64,000 bases of DNA from Phyllobates terribilis (taxonomy: Eukaryota), in contig NW_027362761.1 of the NCBI RefSeq assembly GCF_046119375.1, forward strand, positions 321,842,001-321,906,000, given 5' to 3'. Positions within the stretch are counted from its first letter, which is position 1. The number at the start of each line of letters is the position of its first letter. The notes below the pieces were generated by a model. It saw only the letters and a program-made list of their open reading frames with translations, was not told where the DNA came from and did not search any database. Below, in pieces: positions 27,918 through 39,469 of the stretch. The position numbers and the translations under genes were made by a program.

Positions 27918-28756
27918 AGGCTGTGTGCCCACTATGCGTTTTTTAAGCGTTTCCGCAGCGGCAATTCCGCTGCAGAAAAGCTTAAAAAAAGCTTGGTAGA
28001 GGGCATGCCATGTTCCCCAATGATAATCCGCATGTGCTGTGCACATGTTGTGGAAATTTCCGCTGCAGATTATCATTGCGGAAAAATCCGCAGCACTACC
28101 AATTATTTTGCAGAATCGCTGCATTTTCGCCGCCATTGACTTGCATTGGACCGCATGACATCCGCATCACTGCATCTGCAGATGCGGATACCATGCCTTT
28201 CAATGTGCGGATGGTACCCGGGTTTGGAGAGAGGAGACTCTCCTGCAGACCTGGGTACCATAGTACCTGTAAAAAAAAAAGAATAAAATAAAAAATATAC
28301 ATTATACTTACCTTCTGATGGCCCCCGATGTCCTTAGCGTTGCGTCCTGGCTTGCCGGCAGCTCGCGATGGTCTAAAAAGGACCTGCCATGACGTCATTT
28401 AGTCATGTGACAGGTCACGCGACCGCCGACGTCACCGGGGGCCATCAGAAGGTAAGTATATATTTATTTTTTACCATTCTTTCGGTCACACTATATAAAT
28501 CCATGCCGGTTGCATGGATTTATATAGTGTGACTAAGTTGTCAAGCACTTTCCAAGTGATGCTAAAATCGCTTGGAAAGCGATTGACAACCCACATGCGG
28601 AAATGCATGTGAAGAACGCTTCACTTACGCTTGTCCTTGGCAGGAAAAATGCATGTACAATCCGCATGTACAATCCGCATGCGTTTTTTCTGCCAGGGAG
28701 ATGCAGAAATGCTCAGGAAAAATCCGGAGCATTTCTGCATCGTGGGCACATAGCCT
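27918..28756. mobile_element. Palindromic MITE, family X copy 2
   Basis: aggctgtgtgcccactatgc / gcatcgtgggcacatagcct. Confidence 0.85.
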
Positions 28757-29272
28757 AAGGCTCTTTTAAAGTGTCCAGTAGTTATTTCTGTTTTTGGCTA
28801 CCATTTCTGTCTTCTGCTACCATTTTGTAGCTGGATCGAAAAAAACACAAAAACAAAAGCAAGTGTATTTTCTTTTTTAAGCATTGAAAGTAAAACAAGT
28901 AATAACAGATGGTCTTCCAATATGTCATCCATTAACCGATACGTTTTTTTAGCACTGCGCATGCCCAGAAGATTAGAGGTGTTCAGAGACCGTTGTAGTA
29001 AAAACGACCCAAAGAGTCCATTTTTACATTTTTTTTCTTTTAAAGACAGATCTATTCAAAAAGGAAACTTTGGTTTCCATTTTGCATCCGTTTTTGCTCT
29101 ATTTGTAACCAATCGTTTTGTCGTTTTATGCTAAGCAATTCTAGCACGATTACCACACCAATTTTATCATATCAGCTGTGTGGTCAAAAACAACCCACAT
29201 TTTGTGTTATGTCTGATAACATACACTGCAAATGCTTTATATCCCAAACAAAATTCTATAGCATATCAGTTT

Positions 29273-29685
29273 CAGGCTGTGGTCACACGAGCGTATGTTC
29301 TCTCGATTATGCAAATGACACTCGGCTCATACTCTGTCAGTGTTTGATTCAAGTGTCATTGCTCTGTGCTCCGATCCTCTCGCATGACAAAATCACAGCA
29401 CAGGTGTGGAGGAGACTGAGAAAGTAATTTCTCCATCTCCTCCATTACCGGTGTCCGCGGTAATCGGACTGCACTGGGATGACATCCGATTGCAGTGCGA
29501 TGTTTCGCACGCACCCATAGACTTGTATGGGTACGTGCGCTCAGATTCTCTGATGCAATCGCAGCATGCTGAATCGGCATGAGAAAATAGTTGCAGATCT
29601 GCATTGCCCCATAGTATAACATTGGGCAGAGTGCTAACCGACAAAACATTGCATAGCACTCAGCCGTGTAATACGCTCATGTGAC
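29273..29685. mobile_element. MITE whose right TIR is truncated by the retrozyme-like repeat
   Basis: Left aggctgtggtcacacgagcgtat; right atacgctcatgtgact runs directly into gacttttagg. Confidence 0.65.
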
Positions 29686-30137
29686 TTTTAGGATTGCTAC
29701 TTCCTATAGGTGACACTAGAGTTCTAGTTCTCTTCCTCTCTGAAGAGACAATTTGCATATTTCCCAGAGGAGTTTTGTGGCTTAAAGGTCTCATCACCTT
29801 GACATGCTTAACATGTCACTCTACGCAAAGAGAAACATTACCCCTTGGATACCAGTCAGACGCCTCTCACCTAGCCAAACCATATCTCACACTTTGCACT
29901 GACGATGGGCAGTGCCCCGAAACACAGTGTCTGCAAATTGAGATTTTGGCTTTGTCTATTATCCTAAGTCATGGGACAAGGCTCGTTAAAGGGTCGATAT
30001 TGACTTTTAGGATTGCTACTTCCTATAGGTGGCACTAGAGTTCTAGTCCTCTTCCTCTGTGAAGAGACAATTTGCATATTTCCCAGAGGAGCATTGTGGC
30101 TTAAAAGTCTCCTCACCTTGACATGCTTAATATGTCA
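29683..30137 (+). mobile_element. Retrozyme-like short tandem retroelement, ~1.4 copies of a 319-bp monomer
   Basis: Direct repeat gacttttaggattgctacttcc... at 29683 and 30002 (period 319); contains a type I hammerhead; dispersed relatives at 37552-37750 (-) and 44897-45118 (+). Confidence 0.8.
29893..29937 (+). ncRNA. Type I hammerhead ribozyme (one stem II mismatch)
   Basis: tttgca-CTGACGA-tgggc agt gcccc-GAAA-cac a gtg-TC-tgcaaa: stem I 6 bp, full core, GUC cleavage triplet; the 10.1-11.1 pair is U/C rather than G-C. Confidence 0.85.
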
Positions 30138-30537
30138 ACACAAGAAAGCGGGCAGGGTTGCACTACCAATATATGTATAGATATCAGATGGGCGTGCTAC
30201 GTCATGTAGAGGAAGGAAACATGATATTGTGGAAGGAGAAAGCACTACATATAGACGAGCACACCTCCAAATAGAAAAATAGCAAAAAGATTTATTGAAC
30301 TACACATGCTAAAATCATTTAAAAAACCATAATCATGGTATAAAAGCTGTCCCCCACATGACAGAAATCAATAACAATCAAGTGTATATACCCCAAACCA
30401 TTTAACTAACAAGTAATGACAAGCAATTATCATTCCTAAATGATAATAGTATTTGAACACTCTCAGTAATACATATGCAAAAAAAAATACATACTGTATA
30501 TAGTACCAAATAGCAGCTGTAAAAGAACGTCCACAGT

Positions 30538-30677
30538 NNNNNNNNNNNNNNNNNNNNNNNNNNNNNNNNNNNNNNNNNNNNNNNNNNNNNNNNNNNNNNN
30601 NNNNNNNNNNNNNNNNNNNNNNNNNNNNNNNNNNNNNNNNNNNNNNNNNNNNNNNNNNNNNNNNNNNNNNNNNNNNN
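30538..30677. other. Assembly gap (140 N)
   Basis: Run of N. Confidence 1.
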
Positions 30678-30963
30678 AAGGAAGAGCCTCTACTAAACGG
30701 ACATAAAGACAAGGTAAAGTTCATATGATGTGATAGATTACCCAAAAAGAGATATATAGGAATAACATGATTACCAAGCTGGTATACGGAGTCTGAAGAT
30801 AATAAGGATATCCAAAGATGAATACAGCTAGAGAGTCACAAGCAACCTGTTAGCCTAAGGGGCTATATCAAGCACACCTCCTGACCAGACAATAAATAAT
30901 GCCCATAGTGTCGTCTCATATAGAGAAGGAGGGTAATAATGTCAGGGGGGACGCTAGGAAAAC

Positions 30964-31004
30964 CCCACGCGTATCGCCGTGACCCACACGGCCTCGTCAG
31001 GGGA
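30964..31004 (-). ncRNA. Degenerate Penelope-type hammerhead ribozyme
   Basis: ccc-CTGACGA-ggccgtg tgggt cacggc-GATA-CGCGT-gggg: GAAA mutated to GATA and no H17 residue, so probably inactive. Confidence 0.6.
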
Positions 31005-32179
31005 ATATGCTCTCCATCATTGTTCAAATCTTTTTATATCATCATTATTAGAGATAGGTGCTTACCGGTGGTGGTTTAGTGTTGCGCGATCGGCCCGGAC
31101 CGGAAATCACGTGGCCGGAAGAAGGTAGTACGTCAGTTCGTACAGCTCTCAACCAGAGAAGAGAGGTGGGGCGGGACGTCACATGTTATACACGTCACTC
31201 TCCACAACGAGAAATGTTACCCCTTGGATAGGAGTGTACAGGGACACACCATCAACTCGTAACGCCCAGTTGTCAATTTATTCATACATTTTAAAGCACA
31301 AAAAAAACCCAGAGGAACAGGCCAACGCTAAGACCTAAAACAAGATTCTTCTGAAATGTTATATTATGATGGATACAAGCATTTACAAACCATACCTGTC
31401 AGTAGAGCTGCAGGTACTCATTAGGAACAAGTGCTATACATTAAATACAACTTTTATAGTACAGTATTTTTCACAAAGCTTTACCCCTCCACCTGAGTTA
31501 CATCATTTTCTAGCTTGATATCTGTTATTATCAGTTTTTCACAAAACTACATTTACATTTCCTTGCTAAACACTCTTCCTTATTAGTGCTGTAAGTCAAA
31601 TGTCTCCTTGCCTGTGGGAACCGGATACTACTTGACTAGCAGACAGAAGATATTTACATTGGTTTTCTCTTCCAAGGACAACTTGTCTCTGCAGTGAAAG
31701 CCAGGGACTTAACAAAACAAAAAAATAGGTGCTTTTGCCAGCTATGTAAATGCCCATAGTGAAAAATTTAGGATCTTGTTAAATGAAATGCCCATGCATT
31801 TCACTTGTTTTCTCAACTCTTAACTGTTCACATATATGAGCTTTAAAGAAGCACTCCCATGAATATTTTTTTTTCATTAAATATATGTATAAGTGTATGG
31901 TGTGTAGTGTGAGTGTATTAATATACTCACCTACCACCGATTTCTCCATCAACTGCATAGTAGCCGTGGCCAGGTGCTGCACATTCACACTCTGTTGGTT
32001 CGAATATGGGTGAATGTGCTAAGTAACCAGCTGTGGCCACTATTCCGCTGACAGAATTTACCTGTTAAGCTTCGCAACTCAGCACATCCAGCCGCTGCCG
32101 TCGTCACTGGGAAGAGCTGATCAGCGGGGGTGCTGGGTGTGGTACCCCCACCAATCAGATATTGATGACCTATCCTGAG

Positions 32180-32464
32180 GATGACTCTTGTCAGAACAGA
32201 ATTACTGTTCAAACTAAGTCCCGCTGCTCGGTGCTTCATGATGGGGCCAATCATTTATATACACCTTCGCAACTGCTTGTTTTCCCTCAATCTCCACCCC
32301 CCTCTTCTTCGATTGACAGCTCTGGCTTCATAGGGCCAGAGTAGGGTGGAGATAGATGGAAACCAAGCAGGTGGGAAGGTGTATTAAATATTTGGCCCCA
32401 CTATGAAGTGCAGAGCGCCTGTACTTGGTTTGAACAGTCATTCTGTGCTGACAGACCATCTTAA
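32180..32464. mobile_element. Palindromic T2-type MITE (family of 43903-44183)
   Basis: tgtcagaacagaattactgttcaaac / gtttgaacagtcattctgtgctgaca. Confidence 0.75.
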
Positions 32465-32495
32465 AACTACATTCAATCCAATACAGATAGCAAAT

Positions 32496-33525
32496 TGTGA
32501 AGACACGGGGTCTTCCGTAGGCGTAATACTACTCCGACAACACAGGGTGAGGGTAAAAAAGTGTGGCAATACTTTATTGAACCACAAAGCGGACAATAAA
32601 CACATAGAACAGTCCCAGCAAATACCCAAGATGGTACAACCTTACACAGTCTCACCCTTCCGTTGGCCCACCTGAGATAGAACAGCAGCGACTTTGGGAC
32701 TCCCAGGGCCGACTTCCTCAACCAGTGGCCCCCCACAGAGAGAAGGTAGCGGCAAGCTTAGGAAGCTTGCAGTCCATCGGGGTACAAGGCCAGGAGACCC
32801 GAGGGTCCCACCCTGGCCTCTCCAAGAGTTTCCATGAGGCCAGATGACCGGCTGGTTCCAATCTGGCTTCTCCAAATGTCTCCATGGGTTCCAGGAAACC
32901 GGAGGGTCCCACCTGGCAACCCCAAACAACATATCTATGGGGCAAGTTGACTTCATCGTCCCCAACCTAGTCTCCCCAAATGTATCCATGGTCTCTCTGA
33001 TGGTCAATGGAGCAGTTCTGAATCTTTCCAGTCAGGGGCATATACCCTTAGGCTAAAATCATGTAGAATACAAAGCTGTGTCTCTTTGGGTAAAGCCATC
33101 CTAACCAAGCTGAGCGTGTGAAGAGAGTCTGAGCTTTGATTCTCCTTGTAAAGTCTCTTTTGAATCTCTGAGAGAAGTTTCACTCCTACAGACGCACATG
33201 CCCCTTAAAATAGTTACAGTTGTCCTTGCAAGTACACATTCACAGGTAAGGGGTTAGGGAGAGCATTACTCGCAGGGCTCAAATATCATTGTTTGAGCTA
33301 ATCTATTTACATAGTTGGTACAGTAGGGGGCTCCTTAAATCAACATCATTGTTTCAGAATCAAAGAGGAGACAACACTCGGCTATACAAATACTGGTCTG
33401 TTATTCTTGACCAGGCACATAAATGCAGATACATTTACAAGTCAACACAAAAATAATAGTGTATTTCTCTTGGATTAACAAATCTAAACGTCTGGCTTAT
33501 TAAAATTATAGGCTGCATCGTCACA
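32496..33525 (-). mobile_element. Solo LTR (Gypsy- or BEL-like)
   Basis: TGTGAAGA...TCGTCACA termini, 5-bp TSD caaat/ccaat, minus-strand aataaa about 75 bp from the end; removing it restores the L1 frame. Confidence 0.8.
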
Positions 33526-33642
33526 CCAATGGTACAAGGCAGGGGAGTCCATTATCTCCAGTGCTATTTGTTTTATCTATTGAACCTCCAGCGGCGGCAA
33601 TTAGAAAGCATTATGATATCCATGGTATAAAAATATAAGATA

Positions 33643-35211
33643 CACACGTGGGCAAAATTGGTGGTACCCCTCGTTTAATGAAGGAAAAACCCACAATGGT
33701 CACAGAAATAACTTACATCTGACAAAACTAATAATAAATAAAAAATCTATGAAAATGAACAATTGAAAGTCAGACATTGCTTTTCAACCTGGCTTCCACA
33801 GAACTTTTTAAAAAATTATACTCATGAAATAGGCCTGGACAGAAATGATGGTACCCCTGAAAATAATGTGACAAAAAGGACATATTAAATCAAGTTGTGT
33901 CCACTAATTAGCATCACAGGTGTCTACAATCTTGCAATCAGTCAGTGGGCCTGTATATAGGGCTACAGATACTCACTGTGCTGTTTGGTGACATGGTGTG
34001 TACCACACTCAACATGGAGCAGAGGAAGTGAAGGAAAGAGTTGTCTCCGTTGTCTTTCTTAGAAAGAAAATTATAGACAAGCATGTTAAAGGTAAAGGAT
34101 TATAAGACCATCTCCAAGCAGCTTGATGTTCCTGTGACTACAGTTGTACATATTATTCAGAAATTTAAGATCCATGGGACTGTAGCCAACCTCCCTGGAC
34201 GTGGCCGCAGGAGGAAAACTGATGACAAATCAAAGAGATGGATAATACGAATTATAACAAAAGAGCCCAGGAAAACTTCTAAAGAGATTAAAGATGAACT
34301 TCGAGCTCAAGGAACATCAGTGTCAGATTGCACCATCCATTGCTGTTTGATCCAAAGTGGACTTCATGGGAGACGACCAAGGAGAACATCATTGTTGAAA
34401 AAAGTTTGCCAAACTACATGCTAACAAGCCACAAAGCTTCTGGGAGAATGTCCTATGGACAGATGAGACAAAAATGGAAGTTTTTGGCAAGGCACATCAG
34501 CTCTATGTTCACAGACGGACAAATGAAACATATCAAGTTCTGGGGCTGCTTTGCTGCATCTGGTACAGGAAGAGATCTGTCTTGAATGTGTGCAGGATAC
34601 AATGAAATCTCAAGACTATCAAGGGATTCTAGAGAGAAATGCTCTGCCCAGAGTCAGAAAGCTTGATCTCAGTCGCAGGTCATGGGTCTTGCAACAGGAT
34701 AATGACCCAAAACACACAGCTAAAAACACCCAAGAATGGCTAAGAAGAAAACATTGGATTATTCTGAAGTGGCCTTCTATGAGCCCTGACCTAAATCTTA
34801 TTGAGCATCTTTGGAAAGAGCTGGAACATGCTGTCTGGAAAAGGCAACCTTCAAACACGAGACAACTGGAGCAGTTTGCTCATGAGGAGTGGGCCAAATA
34901 CCTGTCGAGAGGTGCAGAAGTCTCATTGACAGTTATAGGAATCGTTTGATTGCAGTGATTGCCTCAAAAGGTTGTTCAACAAAATATTAAAGTTAAGCGC
35001 ACCATCATTTCTGTCCAGGCCTATTTCATGAGTTTCATTTTTTTTTTAAATTCTGTGGAAGCAGGGTTAAAAAGCAATGACTGACTTTCATTTGTTCATT
35101 TTCAAATATTTTTAATTTATTATTACTTTTGTCTGATTCAAGTTATTTCTGTGACCATTGTGGGTTTTTCTTTCATTAAATGAGGGGTACCAACAATTTT
35201 GACCACGTGTG
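33643..35211 (+). mobile_element. Full-length decayed Tc1 (DD34E) transposon
   Basis: ta|cacacgtgggcaaaattggtggtacccctc...gaggggtaccaacaattttgaccacgtgtg|ta. Transposase remnant 34014-34990 with LQQDND-34 aa-IE. Confidence 0.95.
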
Positions 35212-35391
35212 TACAAAATTTAATCTCTCTTAGCAGACGACATCTTACCAGCACTGACAGATCTCACATCTCACTTCCTAATCCGCATGCTTTCCTGTGA
35301 TCCTTTGGGCGTCTTTCTGGATATAAAGTTAATACTACAAAGATGTAGCACTGTCACTTAATATCCCAGATAATCTTTTAAACTCCCTTAA

Positions 35392-35810
35392 AGGGAATCT
35401 GTCACCAGGTTATTGCTGCCTCATCTGAGAGCAGAGTAAATATATAGGCAAAGAGACCGTGATTCCAAAGATGTATCACTTACTTTACTGGGTGCAGCAG
35501 TTGTGATACAATCAGACTTTTCTCTACGGTAAATGCAGCAGTACTCAGAAAGGTGACCATGCCCACCCACTGAGAGACAGCTTTCTATGTAAATTGTGTA
35601 TTGACAATCAGCTGCTAATCAGTGGTGGGGTCGTGGTTGGACCAGGAGGCACGTGGGCAGCTAGTCCGGCAGTGATAATCTCCTGCTGATAAAACACTTA
35701 TAGTATTGAAAATACAGCACACAGCCTCGTAAGTGACACACCAAAATAAAGGCCTCAGCCCCTACCTCGTGGCATTCTCAGATTACATAGCAAAATCTGA
35801 CAGATTCCCT
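35392..35810. mobile_element. T2-type MITE
   Basis: Perfect TTAA TSD; TIR agggaatctgtca / tgacagattccct. Confidence 0.9.
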
Positions 35811-37551
35811 TTAAAACAAATGTTCATTATCAATAGGGATACTCACCATTAAATTATCTAGGAGTTAATTTGACAACATACAACCGCTTTAAGGAGATTG
35901 GTCTTTGATTAAATAAACGCAATGCTCTACCCCTATCCTGGTTTGGATGTCTTGCAGGAGTTTAGATGATTATTCTACCCAAGTTAAATCTTTCTGAGAC
36001 TTTACCAGTAGCAATCCCTTTTAATAAACTGAAGAAGCGACAGTCCTCCATTCTCCAAAGCCCACAAATGTCAGAGTTGTTAAAACAGTGATGACGGCAA
36101 GCAGACATAATGGTGGCCTATTGGTCCAAGATAAACAAATATGTTATTGGACTGCACATCTGAGAAGAATTCTGGCCTGGCCCACCCTTCCTGCATACTC
36201 TAAATCAATGGAAATAGAAAACTCTGGCTAGCTCATGTCCATCTTAAATCTTTACTATGGTCTACTGCACAGGTATAACCATCTACTCCATTACATGGCA
36301 CTATAACTTTTACGAGAACTATTTGGATAAAATATTTTGGGAAATCCTCCTTTGCATCCTCTCCCTCTCCTATGACATTGTCCCTTTATGACTCATTTCA
36401 TACAGATAGCACAACAAGAACTATGACTAAACCTTGGAGTAGGCATGGGTTATTACATATAGCAGACTTAACTGACCATATGGCTATGGAACTACTACGG
36501 TCAACAATACAAAAGTAATTTTATATTGTCTAATCAATATTTCTATCTTTAAATTAGGAACTATATTCAAAAATTATTTAGTTCTCTTAAAGTTTCGTCT
36601 CCTATGCCTTTCGAACGATTATGCAGTTCAGGGGTCTCTACTCAAGGATTAGTCTGTGACATTTATAAACTTCTAATAGACCCTGCTCCGACTGTGCCTC
36701 CTACACACTGTTATATGCAAAATTGGGCATCATTCATAATCTTCTCTATTGTCAATAAAACTGGGCAACTAATTTGGAAAAAAAACAGCCAAATCATCCA
36801 TATGCACAATATATAAGCTATTGTTTTTCTGGTACCATACCTCATCTCTCCTCCACAAACTTAACCCAAATATTTCTAATAAGTATTTGCGATGTGGAAA
36901 TACAGAGACAAAAACAATTCACATCTTCTGGTCTTTCACATCAATCCAACCTTAAAAACTTTTTTTTTGCTTAATAGATACACAGATTCCATTAAATCTT
37001 CTAGATTTTCTCCTCAATGTCCCATCATAGTGAAAAGCTGCTAGGCTGCTTCTTCACTTTCTGACAGATGTAAAATGTTTAATAGCAAAAAAAAAGGTGT
37101 CGTCACTGATGGGCCTATATTCTACACATTAAAAATATTAGGAACATGGAATACTTAACAGCCCTGCTTCAAAACAGTCGATGCCTTTTATGACACTTGG
37201 TCACTGTGGGACTATTGGCAGAACTCTATAAAGAGTCGACTACCTCCTGACACATTATTTTGTACTAATTATGAGCAATGTAGTTAAGAATGTTAATGTC
37301 TATGATCATAGGATATTTCCCCCCTATTATTCACCCCCTTATTTATGTCTTATCTTGATTTATTATTTCACCAAATTGTTTTGACTATTGTTATTTTCTT
37401 CTAACGTTATAGTTACTTAGCTCAAGTTTTAAGCTTATTTGTGTTATTTTAATAAGAACATTGTGACAATTTAACAATATTTTAGATTTTTATTTGTGGA
37501 AAGCTTCAATAACTAACCAGTAAAAAAAAAGTGTGTGGCTTATCAGGAAAT

Positions 37552-37768
37552 AGGAAGAGGACTTTAACTCTATAGCGCCACCTATTGGAAGCAGCAATCC
37601 TATAAGTCACAATCGACCCTTTAGCCAGCCTTGCAATATGACTTAAGATAATAGCCAAATCAGAATCTCAATTTGCAGACACGGTGTTTCGGGCTATTGG
37701 CCCTCGTCAGTGCAAAGTATGAGAACTGATTTGGCTAGATGAGAGGTTCTCAATGAGAAACATTACCC
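37552..37768 (-). mobile_element. Retrozyme-like copy with 13-bp TSD and short inverted terminal segment
   Basis: Reverse complement aligns with 29860-30050; flanked by cttatcaggaaat at 37539-37551 and 37769-37781. Confidence 0.75.
37672..37716 (-). ncRNA. Type I hammerhead ribozyme with intact core
   Basis: tttgca-CTGACGA-gggc caata gccc-GAAA-cac c gtg-TC-tgcaaa; all conserved core residues and the G10.1-C11.1 pair are present. Confidence 0.9.
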
Positions 37769-38172
37769 CTTATCAGGAAATGGCTTGGCTTTAAGTGCAA
37801 CAGCCCACGCCAAAAATGTGAAGCACAAAGTAAGCCATGTAATAAGTGGGTGTAAATGTAGACTAAACAAGTATTAAAATTCGATCAAACAGCATAAACC
37901 CGGCTGATTTTCAGACTGCCTAGTCTATGTTTACACTATCTAAGAAATAGACCGTATTAATAAATATGCCCTAATGGGTGTAATAATATTAATAATCTTA
38001 TTTATATAGCACTAACATATTCTGCAACACTTTCAACTGAAGAACGTGAATCAACAGACAAATAATCCCATGCATCAAAAACTGGAATAAATCATGGGGG
38101 GCGCATATACATCAAAGAATAAATGCTAGCAATGCTGTGGAAATGATAAGTGGGGTATGGCCCCATAGAATA

Positions 38173-39094
38173 AGGCTGCGTGCCCACTATGCTTTTTTCA
38201 AGCGTTTTTGCGGCGGAATTTCCGCAGCGAAAATGCTTAAAAAACGCTTGGTAATACGTGCCCCATGGTCCCCAATGATAATCTGCATGTGCTGTGCACA
38301 TGCTGCGGAAATTTCCGCTGCGGATTATCATTGCGGAAAAATAAGCAGCATGTCCATTAATTTTGCAGACACGCAGAGTAATCGCTGCCATTGAATCGCT
38401 TAATATCTGAATGACTACATGTGCACATGCAGATATTAAGCGATTCAATGTGCAGATGGTACCCGGGTCTGGATGAGAGGAGACTCTCCTCCAGACCCGG
38501 GTAACATAGAACCTGTTAAAAAAAGAATTTAAAATAAAAAATAAAGCTTATACTTACCCTCCGATGGCCCCCAGTCTCCTGGACGATGCGTCCGGTGTGT
38601 TGGGCAGCTCGCGATGGTCTAAAAGGACCGTCCATGACGTAATTTAGTCATGTGACAGGTCACGCAAACCGCTGACGTCGGCGGTCGCGTGACCTGTCAC
38701 ATGACTAAATGATGTCATGAAAGGTCCTTTCACACTACCGCGGGCCGTACGAGAGACTGGACGCAGCGGAGAAAAGACCGGGGGCCATCGGAAGGTAAGT
38801 ATAATTTTTATTTTTTACATTCTTATTCTTTAGCTATTACTTGGTCACACTATATAAATCCATGCCGGTTGCATGGATTTATATAGTGTGACCAAGTTGT
38901 TAAGCACTTTTCCAAGTGATGCTAAAATCGCTTGGAAAAGCGCTTGATAACCCGCATGCAGAAATGCATGTGAAAAACGCTTGACAAACGCTTCTACCTG
39001 GCAGGAAAAACGCATGTAAAATCCGCATGCGTTTTTTCTGCCAGGGAGATGCGGAAAAAATATGCAGCATTTCTGCATCGTGGGCACTTAGCCT
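38173..39094. mobile_element. Palindromic MITE, family X copy 3
   Basis: aggctgcgtgcccactatgc / gcatcgtgggcacttagcct. Confidence 0.85.
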
Positions 39095-39469
39095 TATTGC
39101 ACACAAATAAATATTTGCTGTTTAATAATATCAATCACATTAAATATGGCATACCTGGAATGTGACTGACGGAAAAGAATACATTTGATCACAATATATT
39201 ATTATATTATGCTTTCATATATGTATGCAATAGAAAGATGCTGATATCAGAAGTAGAATAGAAATAATAAATAGCTGCAAAATAAGGAAGTAGTAGGTAC
39301 GGTATATGCGGGTAGAGGAAATCATTTGTAACTCCATGTTTGGAAAGCAAGGGTCCATTGAAGTTAACATAATCTAGCATTACAAACAATATAAACGGCG
39401 CTGATTGTTGCCGTTTTATTGCTACCTCAGTAAGTATAAAGGCAAGAAGGTCTGCACCTTTCACAAAGA

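Larger units (their letters stand above)
30138..31270 (-). mobile_element. Penelope-like element terminal (pLTR-like) remnant spanning the gap
   Basis: On the minus strand: GC-rich block, degenerate hammerhead with ACGCGT stem III at 31004-30964, AT-rich tail with caataaa near 30295. No ORF seen. Confidence 0.5.
32465..37530 (+). pseudogene. 5'-truncated decayed L1 LINE ORF2 (RT to 3' end), interrupted by three later insertions
   Basis: Joining 32465-32495, 33526-33642, 35212-35391 and 35811 onward gives [26 protein letters not shown]..., ADDI, GYKVNTTK, NYLGVNLT, LSWFG...MIILPKL; A-rich tail at about 37520-37530. Confidence 0.85.

Noticed and set aside
30368-30745. ORFs containing X runs (also 60541-60906)
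   Set aside because: They read through assembly gaps.
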